A stretch of DNA of 62,865 bases, filler included, from Rhabdomonas costata (lineage: Eukaryota), in assembly GCA_019059605.1 (NCBI GenBank). It is 43 parts of 43 records of this genome, joined end to end, with 100 filler letters (N's around TTAATTAATTAA, not from the genome) between each part and the next. Parts side by side here need not be neighbours in the genome. Positions count along the whole stretch, not along the records: positions 36,614 to 37,978 come from JAHMHO010018127.1; positions 38,079 to 39,443 come from JAHMHO010018128.1; positions 39,544 to 40,908 come from JAHMHO010018129.1; positions 41,009 to 42,373 come from JAHMHO010018130.1; positions 42,474 to 43,837 come from JAHMHO010018131.1; positions 43,938 to 45,298 come from JAHMHO010018132.1; positions 45,399 to 46,762 come from JAHMHO010018133.1; positions 46,863 to 48,226 come from JAHMHO010018134.1; 35 more parts are not named here. The stretch is one strand, 5' to 3'. Positions 36,826-48,326 of the stretch are shown in pieces (the first letter of the stretch is position 1; each line of letters starts with the position of its first letter). The position numbers and the translations under genes were made by a program. Under the pieces are notes generated by a model. That model did not search any database, had not been told where the DNA came from, and was given only the letters and a program-made list of their open reading frames with translations.

Positions 36826-37786
36826 GGACGTGTTTCGTGGCCACTCCGTGGTCGTTCTCCTTCGTCCCCGAAAATGCTATGTTCCCGCATCCGTGCCGCG
36901 CAGCGGTTCATTCCCTTACGCACTTCCGCACACATTCCCGCACACTTACTCAATCTCTCATCACTCAGTCACTCACTCCGATGCATCTCACACGACTCGT
37001 CCCCGGCACTTGCAAACTGGACACAGCCGTGGTATCGTTTCTGTTAGGTATCCTGTGATTACTTTTCTCTTAGATCCGAGCGAAAGCGAGTGTCTGGAGT
37101 GAGGGTGAGGTTTGGACGAGGTTCAGTTTCTGGTCTTTTCAAGACGTTCCGTACAAGGATTTTCATTTGTAGATAGTGCTACTCTGATTTTTGCTGTACG
37201 AACTGTTGCTACTGTTGCTATTAGTTGCTTTGTTGAGAAACGTGGTGTGCGTATGTTTGGTGGTGGTGTTGCGTTGGACGTGATGTGGCCTCCTACCTGA
37301 GCTTTTGTTTCTTCTTTGGGGTAAGACTAAGGGTTTAGGAAGGAATACGCCACCGTCAGGTTGACTTGTGTGTGTGTGTTCGTTTGCTTGGGGCGATGGC
37401 ACTCCTTGCTTGGTCTGCGCGCAAAAAGGGGTTTGTCAAGGCCTGTGGTGAGGGAGCCGTTTGGAAGCTTTTGCAGCACCTAATAAATTTGATCCGAAAA
37501 CCTGATGATGTCATCACCAAATGAGTCGTTTCATAGAGATTGCATAAAGGGGCTTTGGACAGCGATGCCTCCCTCCCCTCTCGAGGGATTCCAATAATTA
37601 GTTGCTTGAAGCGCGTTCCCATGAGCTGCTGGAAAATGTGCGAATTCATGGAGGGCATGGCATCTGCAGCCTCCCCCAGCCCCTCCAACTGCTCCCAGTA
37701 GAACTGTTACAGAGCTATTAGGCGTGCACGCCGACCCAGCAATCCTGATTTGGAGAGGTTCTTTCTGAATTGTGCGAGCGATGGGT

Positions 37787-37965
37787 GGGTTTATGTTCTG
37801 TTCCGTCTCATTCTCTTCCTTCCCGGTGCAATGTGTTCTCTCTCAACCTCCCACTTACCGTTTGCCGCACAGACCCAACTGCGCCGGCAAACGGTAAGTG
37901 GGAGGTTGAGAGAGAACACATTGCACCGGGAAGGAAGAGAATGAGACGGAACAGAACATAAACCC
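37787..37965. repeat. Perfect 81-bp hairpin at contig end (37787-37867 / 37885-37965), probable WGA fold-back
   Basis: Exact arms with a 17-nt loop, followed by a C/A-only stub at the contig edge. Confidence 0.85.
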
Positions 37966-38885
37966 CCCCCCCAAAAAANNNNNNNNNNNNNNNNNNNNNN
38001 NNNNNNNNNNNNNNNNNNNNNNTTAATTAATTAANNNNNNNNNNNNNNNNNNNNNNNNNNNNNNNNNNNNNNNNNNNNGTGTGTATCAGAAAGTCGCGTA
38101 GGGTGTGGGGGGGGGGCGCCATGAAAACTAAAAGCCACCTCTTGCTGCATCTTGTGTCGTGGGTGTGGGTTGGTTGGTTTAACAGTTATGGGCCCCACCT
38201 TTTCTTCGTTACAATGTGCACCCCGTCCCCCAAATTCAAAACAACACGCAGAAACAAAGAACAATGCACGAGACAAAGGAAACATGGTGTGCGTCTCCGT
38301 TACTTGGTGGGAGGTGTCCTGCGCGGGGAGTTGGTTGCAAAGCAGGGCTCTAAGGTACCACCTAAACCTAAGCACATATGTCCGTTCATGTGAGTTCGGA
38401 TTCTGCTCATTGCGGCTTTTCTCGTGCCGTTGTCAATATAGCGCAGTACGGTATAAATCACGGAGAGCAGAATAGTGGACTGACTCGCCCACGACGTCTT
38501 CTCGGCCATTGGCTTTTCCAGCAGCAAATTTGGGGTTTGGTTTTCCATTTCGCCCCCAGTGCTGTTTCCCGCATAATAGCTTCACCACAGCTTGGGGGTT
38601 GCTGGTGTGGCTGTTGGATGCAGGCTGGAATGGAATTAATCGGTGCTTAAACAGGCTTCATTCCGCAGAGAAGGTAATTGAGAAGTTATTATTGCTTCGT
38701 TTTGGTTTTTTCCGCTCGTTTGCACGCATGGATCAGCAACAACCCACTCTCCGGGGGCCCCCTCACCCTCCTTCTGCCCGAGTTGCTCCCTTGATGACGG
38801 CAACGATTCGTCGCTAACCAATTAGAAATCGACTTGATCGCACTCCGCCTTGCTATGTGTTCACGTTCTTTGCCCTATCACTCAG

Positions 38886-39038
38886 GCGATCGCGACGCAG
38901 TGTGCGGAGGCCATTGCGATGCTGCAGTTTGAGCAGGTGGCCTTTCTCAATGACTTCCCCAATCCAACCCCGATTCAGCTGGCCTTCATCAACATCATCG
39001 CTACTCTGACGGAGGTGAAGAAGTACCTCCCTGAGGCG
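38886..39038 (+). CDS. Exon resembling the helical linker upstream of a class III nucleotidyl cyclase
   Basis: AIATQCAEAIAMLQFEQVAFLNDFPNPTPIQLAFINIIATLTEVKKYLP ends in L....YLP, the motif that usually precedes cyclase domains. The cyclase domain itself is not in this contig. Confidence 0.45.
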
Positions 39039-39944
39039 GTGCAGCAGAGGCTAGCGGGGGAGCACAGGGAGTCGCAGGAATCGTGCGCGGTCTTATTTTG
39101 GCTATTCTGCTCTCAGAAGAGAAGGCGTTGTGATGATGAGATAATGAGTTGGTGTGATGGTAAAGAGATGAGTGACACGAAAAGTTAGTTTGGGAATGAG
39201 GAAAAAGGAATGCGGATTCGCTGATAGATGTGGGTAGGAATTGGAGAGAAGAGGAGGGAGGGACTCCTCAGTTTTGCGGCTTTAAGTTGACATGAACAAA
39301 AAGGACAAAGAAAAAAGGACCTAAATCCCTTAAACATGCCACAACAAAGGGTAGTGATGCAGCCTGAGGCTGGAGAGATGCCAGCAAACTCAGGAGACTG
39401 CTATTCCACCAAACATACAAAAACAAAGGCAAAAATTGCCAACNNNNNNNNNNNNNNNNNNNNNNNNNNNNNNNNNNNNNNNNNNNNTTAATTAATTAAN
39501 NNNNNNNNNNNNNNNNNNNNNNNNNNNNNNNNNNNNNNNNNNNGGGGGGGGGGTGTTTCGGAACGTTGCACGATTGTCGTTTGTTCCGGTTGCATCCGTT
39601 GCTTTGTATTAACATGTCTCCTGGTTCTATTTGAGTATTTTCACTTTTTTGCGTGCTTAGGCTCCGACTCGACTGCAGCAATGGCCATTGCGATTGCTGT
39701 CACAGTTTGTGTGCTGATTATCGCAGCTTTGATCCTTGTCATCTGCTTCAAACGACAGCAAAAGCGGAGACTGATCCTTCCGGATTTAGGTTACTTTTCT
39801 TCGTGTTCTTGCCCTTCTTGCATTATTCTCTACGAACAATGATGATGTGATTACTTGCTTTATGGTCCATACTGTTTACAGGCGATACCTTCGCACAACG
39901 GTACATGCGCCTATTGTGTAACCTCCTCTGATTCTTTCATCCAG

Positions 39945-40908
39945 ATCCTTTAGAGATGGCGTTCGGCGCCACTGTGTCTCGAGATGAGGCTTGGGAGCAG
40001 TCCTACAGAGCGATGCTGGAGAAGCATATGGGCATTCTGGAGGAGCCCGATGCCCTTTTTATTGCCGCAAATGGGCTGATCAGTGCGGGCAGTGTAAATG
40101 CCCTACTGTTCGCCCAGCAGTGCCTGGCATGGGCCCAGGAGAGGTACTCCGGCTCCAGCGATGCGCTGGCAGTTGCGACGTGCCGATGGTGGACCGCGGG
40201 GGAGGAAGACTCGGCCCGTCAAGCACCATATGGTGTTGTTGACAGCACACTCCGGCCTTCTGGAAGGAAGACGGCGGCGTCGCTTGACTTGGTGATGCCC
40301 GCCGTGTGCCTGCTGACGTGGGCCCTGGATAACCTTCCCAAGACCCCGGAGTTCGCTCGGAAGCCCGCAGCGGTGTACAGGGTTGTTGCATGGCTGTTCC
40401 CGAATCCTCTGCAGTACGATCCCAAGACTCACTTTCAGGAAGGCACGGTAATGACGACCTATGACTTTCGGTCAGCCAGCCGATCGCTTGCGATAGCAGC
40501 CAACCCCAACTTTTCCAAGCCGCGCTGGGTGGGCGAAGAGGTCGAGGACAAGGGTCATTATCTCCTTCTTGAGGACCTTCTTCCCGGCATTGCCATGGAT
40601 GAGCTGTTTGCTACGGCCTCTTCTAGTAGTGGTCGTCGGAAAGGTCGTATCGAAGGCACCATGTATGACTATGAGATTCCAGGAACGGCTGACTTTGACG
40701 GCTTGGTGGGCTCGCCAGAAGAATGCTCACCAACAGCGAAGGAAATCCTGCTGACGAATGCGGACAATGGTCATGTCATACGAGGCTTCCCCACGCCCAA
40801 TTTTGCGACTCATTTTGTGATCGAGAATGCCGTTGTTGCCTATGTCGCCCCACTGAGCTACTTTGCAGAGGAGGACGAGGCAACAACGGCATTCTCGACC
40901 ACAAAACC
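39945..40908 (+). CDS. Mono-ADP-ribosyltransferase of the R-S-E (ExE) clade with a 97-aa insertion, partial
   Basis: Motif order WT...PY..V..TLR...LL..ALDNLP...VYR (R at 40379)...EG.V...DFRSAS (S at 40472)...THFVI...APLSYFAEEDE (ExE 40871-40879). Confidence 0.78.
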
Positions 40909-43900
40909 NNNNNNNNNNNNNNNNNNNNNNNNNNNNNNNNNNNNNNNNNNNNTTAATTAATTAANNNNNNNNNNNNNNNNNNNNNNNNNNNNNNNNNNNN
41001 NNNNNNNNTTGTTTTTTGCTAGTATCCTTCCTCCACCTCCACCTCCACCCTTACCCAGGATGACAAAGAGGGCAAGTTTGTCCAGCTCGTAGTTTCCAGC
41101 TGCCAGGTGGCTGCTCTCTTTTTTTCTACGACGAAGCAGCGCTCCCGACAACTGCATCATCGCAGCTGCGATTGTAGATTGCCTCCCAAGAGATGATGCC
41201 AGATTGTCAGTGCTGTCAGTGCTCCCCTATGTGAGTAGGGAATTATCTTGTGTTTTGATGCCGGCCTGCTGCCGTAATCGCCGGGGGAGGAGGGAATGAT
41301 GCTCGTCCAAGGTTCGATTTCAGGTCGTCGGCTGTTATTGCTTGCAGGTTTCACCATTCAAAGCAAAGCGCAAATAGCTGTTCTTTTCATTCCGATTTTT
41401 TGTGTGTCTGTGTGTTTAGATTGAGTTGGACTGCATCCTGGATTCAGTGATGCGGGATATGGACCCTGATGTTCCCTCAAAGACCCCTCCCGGCCAACCC
41501 TCCTCCTCCTCCGCACAAGGAATTACTCCAACCGAAGCCGAGGCTGCGACTAAGGTTCCCGAACGCTCCTGTGCACCCCAATTGCAGCTGCCTTGCCACT
41601 AAATACACGGTTTCCATTTTTGCTGAAGCCTTCAGGTTGGATTCAGTGCAATAATGTGTCACAACACCAGCACCTTCTTTCCTTAGCTTGTTTCCTTTTC
41701 TAGATGACATCCATCCCTCAACGCAGCTCGGGGGGTTGCAGAGGTCACCAATGCCGTTTTTTCAGTTAAGGAAAGTGACTTACCTCGATGATCGGGATCG
41801 TCACCTGATCGCAGGGCACATCCGCACAAACGGGATGCCAGTGTCCATTCCGCAGCAAATACACAGGCAACAAGAAACAACAAACCAACAGCTACTCTTG
41901 GTGATAGTGACTGCTCCTAATCCATGTATCGAAGAATATCAACTCCAGCACATCGGGTCTGTGGTAGTTGTTTTCTTTGGGGTGGGGGGATGCTCGTTTA
42001 GCACATAGGTCAACAGTCTTTCTTTTTCTTGGTTTTGCTTCAGGACACCTTGGACGTGTCGGGGTGTGCTCCCGAGGACCGGCTTCCCCTTCTTGTCCCG
42101 GCGTGTGCCGTGTTGCAGCTGTGCGTCCGGGCTTTGACAGGTGCCTTTCTTCCTGCGCATTTCATGGCTAACTGGAGTTTGGTGTGCTGGGATGAGATGC
42201 GCATTTCCTGCTTCAGTCGCTGATATTGATGCATAGATAAGCGCACTGTTGGGTCGGGCGCTGGTTTTTCTTTGGTATAACTGCAGGCCCGTAGGGAAGT
42301 CACCATGTCGATGATGGGCCCTCATGGTTGTTATAAAATAAAAAAACGCAGCTGTATGTTTTCAAGACAAAAANNNNNNNNNNNNNNNNNNNNNNNNNNN
42401 NNNNNNNNNNNNNNNNNTTAATTAATTAANNNNNNNNNNNNNNNNNNNNNNNNNNNNNNNNNNNNNNNNNNNNGGTGGTGTGGCATCTTCAGGCCTCTCC
42501 GCACCACCCAATACAGGCACGGCAAGGGCTGCGGAAGTATTGAGGGGCAGTGAAGGAGTGATGGCGTAGACTCTGTTGGAGCTCCTCGATTCACTACATA
42601 CACACCCCATTCTGGCTGTCTCCTTTGGCTGCCTTTCACTTTTCTAACATGCAAGGTCATGAAACAACGCGTCCTTCTCGAAGAGGGAGAGAAAAAAGGG
42701 AAAAGAGAAAAAAAAAAGAGGGAAAACCAAAAAAGGATGTGAACTTGGGCTGAAAAAAAGGCGGCGAAAGGACTGTGCAATGCAGAGTTGCTCAAATCGG
42801 GATTCGCAAGCAGAATAGGAAACTGTGCCAGAGGGGCCGACTTCATGGGGATAGTGGAATGACACCTCCACAAAAACCCGGCAAGAGTACCATCATCAGC
42901 GGTACTTCTACCAGGGCTTCGTTCGGACATCCAGCAACTTCCAAAAAACGGCTTGCTATGCGGTGATCACGGAAAGCTGCAATACGTACGCCTAGTTCGG
43001 GTTATCGAGTTCTCGGTTGAAGTTGACTCTGACCTGGCACATTGAAAAGAGCATTCGCAGGGCCAACGGCTTTTCATTCCAATGCACGCCAGACTGGCAA
43101 GCCCACCACGCACAGCGTTTACTTTTTGGAGACTGCTGGATGAAGAGCTCTAACTTCTCGTTGTGCGGTTCCCGCATTGTCGTCGTCATCTTTTCTGTGT
43201 TTCCCATTTTAAGACTACCTTTTACTACTATTGACCGAAAGTCAACGTTATCATGTGACTTTCCTATTCCTATCACTTCACCTTACCGTTCTTCCCAAAC
43301 CGAAATGCCTTGAAATGGTAAGCCATTGAGATACCCATGGTAGCTCCCACCCTCCCCAAAGAACTCTCATGGTACCCATCTGGGTGCATCTGTGTCAAAA
43401 AGGCACTCAGAGGAGCGCAGCAGCGTGACGTTCTCTTGGCGCAACGCGAGGGGTGCAGCGTATTCACTCTCCGAGGCAAACAGTCGAAGCTAAGAGCTTA
43501 TGAACTGGGCCCTTAGGGGAATCGAGCCTCGGAGGGAACCTCCAAGCATGCGTCCCACATATCCGCCTTTCTGCGAGTCCCAGTACCAGTATACCAATGG
43601 TCAGATAAAGGCCATGCGACTACACATGGACTATAAGCAGCACCTTTCTCACTCCTCGCCGTTCCAATGATATCCGACACAAACTTGAGCCTTTGAAGCG
43701 TAGCAGTGGTCAACGGTGACATGACATACTCTGAAACACTATAAACGACGAATACGATGAGCAACTAAACACCCAAGACCTTACTCCTCACCCCTGGCTC
43801 AGGGGACCCTCATTTTCTGGAGCGGACCCCCCCCACCNNNNNNNNNNNNNNNNNNNNNNNNNNNNNNNNNNNNNNNNNNNNTTAATTAATTAANNNNNNN

Positions 43901-43939
43901 NNNNNNNNNNNNNNNNNNNNNNNNNNNNNNNNNNNNNGT

Positions 43940-45228
43940 GTGGGTGCCACCCCAGATCGAGAGCATCGGGACGTCTCTTACGAGCTGCTAACTAGGATAT
44001 GCCGTAATATTGACGCCAACATGGAGTTTGTGCGAATCCCTGTGGAATTGGTGATCTCTAGCGGGGGAACGGGGAAGACCTCCTCATTGCTTTTGATTCA
44101 GGAGAAACTGCTGAGTCAGAGCAGCTCAAGCAGTGTTGTGGGGATTTTCGTATCTCTTCCTTTGCTGGGAAGGCACCTGGAGGACTCTGAGAGCTGGCCC
44201 ATCTCCCGGTTCTTCGAAATGACATTGGGACTGACAGTGCATGACTTTGCCACGGCCACCGAAAAAAGTGTTGTGCTTCTGTGTGATTCTTGGGATGAAG
44301 TTCAGCCCAAAATTCGGGACACCGTTGCGAAAGGGGGCGGCCTCGTCAGCCTGATGTTTAAGATTGTTGGGAAGGCCCTACGTCATGTCGTGGTGACCTC
44401 ACGTCCTGAGGCTATCTCAAGCGACCCATTGGATTCCCTGGGAGCCGCGGTGTTTGTCACTGAGCACTGGGTATTGCCCTTCACCGCAGGGAACTTTCGG
44501 GAGATGGCTCATCTTTGGATGAAGAGATCTGCCTTGGAAGCTGAAGACCAAGAGATGTCCGACACGGGCGATGTTGCTGGCAATGAAAAGGTCATTTTGG
44601 AGAAGAAGAAGAAGCTGAGTGTGCGGTATGACGACGAAGCCCATGAAATGATTGCGGTGGGACTGAAGTGCGCAGACATGCCTCTTGTCAATTGCAAGGA
44701 GGTTCTGCAGAAAATGAGGCAAGCTCGCAACAAGGTTGTTGCGACATACGAAGAAAAGTCAATGCTGCAGGCGGAGACGTGGGGACGAAACAAGGCTGAT
44801 GAGCTCGTAATGAGAGTGGAAGCCGTACCGGAGCTTCGGGAGATAACCGCGACACCAGTTTTGGCGACGATGCTTTGCACGTGTACAAATGCTGTGCTGC
44901 AGGAATTTGAGAGGCCGCGACGCCATGCCCTTAACCGGGGAGAACTTTACCGGATGGTTTTGGAGGCGCGGCTAAAACAAGAACTGGAGACTCGGATGAA
45001 AGAAAGGCAGCTAATCCCTGGGCAAAGCTCCTTTGTCCCCCTTGGTATCCGTTGTTGCCAGGAGATTGCACTCCAGATGACCATTCGCCGTGAGACGCAG
45101 CTGACCATGCGATTGGCGCGTGAAACCTTTGTGAGGTGCCTGCAATCGAATTTAGGTTCCCCTGGAGACAGTTATAAGGCGCTAGAGAATACTGAGGAGA
45201 GAGACCTTGTGGACGCAGTGTTGCTTTG
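43940..45228 (+). CDS. NACHT-type STAND NTPase, partial; the 3' end and stop codon are replaced by a fold-back artefact
   Basis: Walker A SGGTGKT, Walker B VLLCDSWDEV, sensor-1 VVVTSRP, LPFT, ATPVLATML, RGELY, CQEIALQM in an uninterrupted frame of about 430 codons. Confidence 0.82.
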
Positions 45229-45290
45229 CTCAGTATTCTCTAGCGCCTTATAACTGTCTCCAGGGGAACCTAAATTCGATTGCAGGCACC
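45135..45290. repeat. Perfect 62-bp inverted repeat at contig end (45135-45196 / 45229-45290), probable WGA fold-back
   Basis: Exact arms with a 32-nt loop. The terminal ccacaaaa differs from the expected tcacaaag only by becoming C/A-only. Confidence 0.88.
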
Positions 45291-47301
45291 CCACAAAANN
45301 NNNNNNNNNNNNNNNNNNNNNNNNNNNNNNNNNNNNNNNNNNTTAATTAATTAANNNNNNNNNNNNNNNNNNNNNNNNNNNNNNNNNNNNNNNNNNNNTC
45401 GTCAGCAGCTCCACTCCTGGAAAAGCCCCACAGAAATAGAAGAGGCATGTGCAAAGGTGTGCGGAACCGGCAAACGCCGTGGTGGCCTCTGTCCCTCTGG
45501 GGGGCTCGACCAGCACCACCTCGGTGTGTGAGTGTGTATGTGTGTGCCCATTTCCCGGTGGGACTTTGTCTTGCCTTCTCGATATTTCAAGTGTGTTGTT
45601 AGTGGGCGTTACACTCATAACCATAAGCCCGGAAGTGAACGGGGGGTTGGGATTGGATTCAATACTTGTACAACAGTAATGGAACAGGTGCCCAAGTGCC
45701 CAGACACGGGAATACTACACAAGAAGAGAAATCGGAGTCCTTCTCGTGAAGAAACGGACGAAATGCCTGGTATCAATGCCTGGTGGTTACTTCAGCTATG
45801 TGCTTATATGACCGTTTGTCTATCTTTGGCGATGTGACTCGGGTCATGTCAAAAGTGAGAATAGCTGCAATGGCGATTGTTTGCCAAAAATGATCGGCAT
45901 CGATCGATCCATCGCGGCATCTGAGATTCCAAATTTTGTTGAGGCTCATAAACGCTGTCTGAAAACTGCTGAGAACGTATCTCGTGGTGGTGAAAGACAC
46001 GCCACTATGTGGTGGCATATATGGCGGAAGCGTTTTTGGTTTGGGTAACTTGGACTGTTGCCTCGACTCCTATGCCTCTCCACTCCACTTGCGATCACAA
46101 ACTCCCCAAACAGTCCTCGGCTCAGGACCGGTTGGTAGCTCTGGCTCACTCCCTGGCCGCCACCACAGCCTCTGCCCTTGCGGGGCCTCTGCTGCCCGGG
46201 GAGTCCGCGTGTGGCTCTTCCGCGGGAGGTGGCACCCTGCGGTGCTGTGTTGGGCGCAGCGGGCTGCTGCGGGCCTCCACGGGCACCCCTTCGGAGAATA
46301 TTGTAGTGGGGATGGCTGCGTCCGGCAATGGCAGTAACGGTTCCTCTCCGGTGTGCGACTTTGTATGTACATATAAGGAGAGATCATCCTCATTCGCATC
46401 ACGACAAAATTCAAAACCGACAACAATTGCTGCATCTAAAGAGCCTACGGACGCCGAGCAGCAGGTACCACTCTGGCCTTGATGCTTAAGGACCAATTTA
46501 CAACAAAACGATGAAAAGCGATGCTCCTCTCCCAAAGTGAGGACTTTCTTTACAACAATTTGACAGCGAAGGGATGTCTTGGCAAAGCAACCTGCGGGTG
46601 GACTCATCATTGAAGATGGACGCCGAAGCAAACTCATTGGTGGGGCAGGCAGGGAATGGCCACGATGCTATTCAGGCAAACCCTGTCTTGGCGCATTCCA
46701 GTCACCCTGAAGACAGCGGGGAAGCCTACCTCCTGGCTTCTCTCTCTAAAACCAAAACCCCCNNNNNNNNNNNNNNNNNNNNNNNNNNNNNNNNNNNNNN
46801 NNNNNNTTAATTAATTAANNNNNNNNNNNNNNNNNNNNNNNNNNNNNNNNNNNNNNNNNNNNTGTTGGTGGGGAAGGAAAGAGGTACAGGGACAAAGTCG
46901 CGTGCAGGAAGACAAAGGGGCACACTGGAGGGGGGGGCTGATCTGCAAGCTGCGGAAGCTTCTTTTGGCCACTCCCTGGGCGGCGTTTGTATATGCCGGG
47001 CGAGGAAGACCACGAGGTCTGCATGATACGCTAAAGAGGTGAGCCCAGCACAGGCTACAAAACAGTGAAACAGGAAATGCAGTTACCGAACCGCTTCATG
47101 CACAAAAAGACGGCACAGAGAAAAAAGCGCTTTGCAGAGGCGAGCGTGTGGGTGGGTGGAGAGAATAACCCACCGCGCAGGAGTCTCCAATGTGGCCAAG
47201 GGTCACTGGAACACAGGTTGGTGGTGGAATGGAACTTTCGGCCAATGGTCACACTACAGCAATACAGCTATGCCAAGGAATACCGAAGTTACAGACCTAC
47301 A

Positions 47302-47350
47302 GACAGGCAGGCAGGCAGGCAGACAGGCAGGCAGGCAGGCAGAAGACAGA
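47302..47350 (+). repeat. (CAGG/CAGA)n microsatellite
   Basis: gacaggcaggcaggcaggcagacaggcaggcaggcaggcag... seen directly. Confidence 0.9.
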
Positions 47351-47760
47351 CAACCGAAGCCACACCCGTGCATCGGAAAGGTAACACACACCCCAAGGTT
47401 GCTGTGCACCAGTGTTGTATTCACAATAACGTCGCGAATAGACTGAGCTGGAATCAGAAGAAGAGCTACTTGCTCCAATTGTGTGGCATAATCCTTGAGC
47501 TGCAGAGGTTGAGGGTTGACGGATCAATTCGTCCTTATATCGACCCTGATATTAACTCTAAGATGGAGGCCCTCACAGCACAAGAAACGATGTGCCGCAC
47601 CAAAACAGTTGGCTTTCCGTATTTGAGTCTGAGTGGAAACACGTGGGAAGGGTGGCAGCAATAGGAACGAGCGGAAGTGCACTCAACAAAGCCCTTGAGG
47701 ATGAACAAGGGCAGCGAAGACGGAGGGAGAGGTCCACAAGGGGGTGCCAATCTATGATCT

Positions 47761-47872
47761 TTAGTACGGGGCATATCTGTCGCGGTCGTACCCACCGCCG
47801 CCACCACCACGCCGGTCATACCCACCACCACCACCTCCTCCTCCTCCACCTCCGCGGCGCTCAGGGCACTCC
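47761..47872 (-). CDS. Terminal exon of a glycine-rich RNA-binding protein (zinc-knuckle end, RGG boxes, PY-NLS); absent from the ORF track
   Basis: After ctccgccttAG the frame reads (R)ECPERRGGGGGGGGGGYDRRGGGGGGYDRDRYAPY*. Confidence 0.75.
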
Positions 47873-48326
47873 CTAAGGCGGAGACGAAAATTCCAGAAGA
47901 AGTTCAAACACATCCAAGTGACCATTGCCTTCACACTTTACTACCTTCACCCGCCATGGCCCGGATGTCAGATTTTTCAGCGTTTACCCAGCGTCATCCC
48001 GTGGGTTGAACCCACCCCCCGACCCAGAATTTGTCTGAAAACAAGGTTTTTACCCCGCGCTGGGTGAGTGCTGCATTGAAACTGTAAACAAGGAACTGAA
48101 AGACGTTCTGTGCGGGACTGCCAAAGTTTAGGACTACCGAACAACGGGAACAACAGGACAGTCAAACGTGCATGCCGACACAGAATCAAACTATACTATG
48201 CATGCCTCAAGTTGAAACCAAACACCNNNNNNNNNNNNNNNNNNNNNNNNNNNNNNNNNNNNNNNNNNNNTTAATTAATTAANNNNNNNNNNNNNNNNNN
48301 NNNNNNNNNNNNNNNNNNNNNNNNNN

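Noticed and set aside
43340-43445. CLFDTDA on the minus strand as a retroviral aspartic protease motif
   Set aside because: It lacks the G of D[ST]GA, is surrounded by stops, and has no supporting gag or RT motifs.
27824-45298. Methyltransferase, ART and NACHT as a clustered defence island
   Set aside because: Each lies on a separate contig joined by artificial spacers, so there is no linkage information.
47535-47876. ORF-track peptides MEEEEVVVV... and ...HHHHLLLL
   Set aside because: They are alternative-frame or antisense readings of the poly-Gly exon at 47761-47872.
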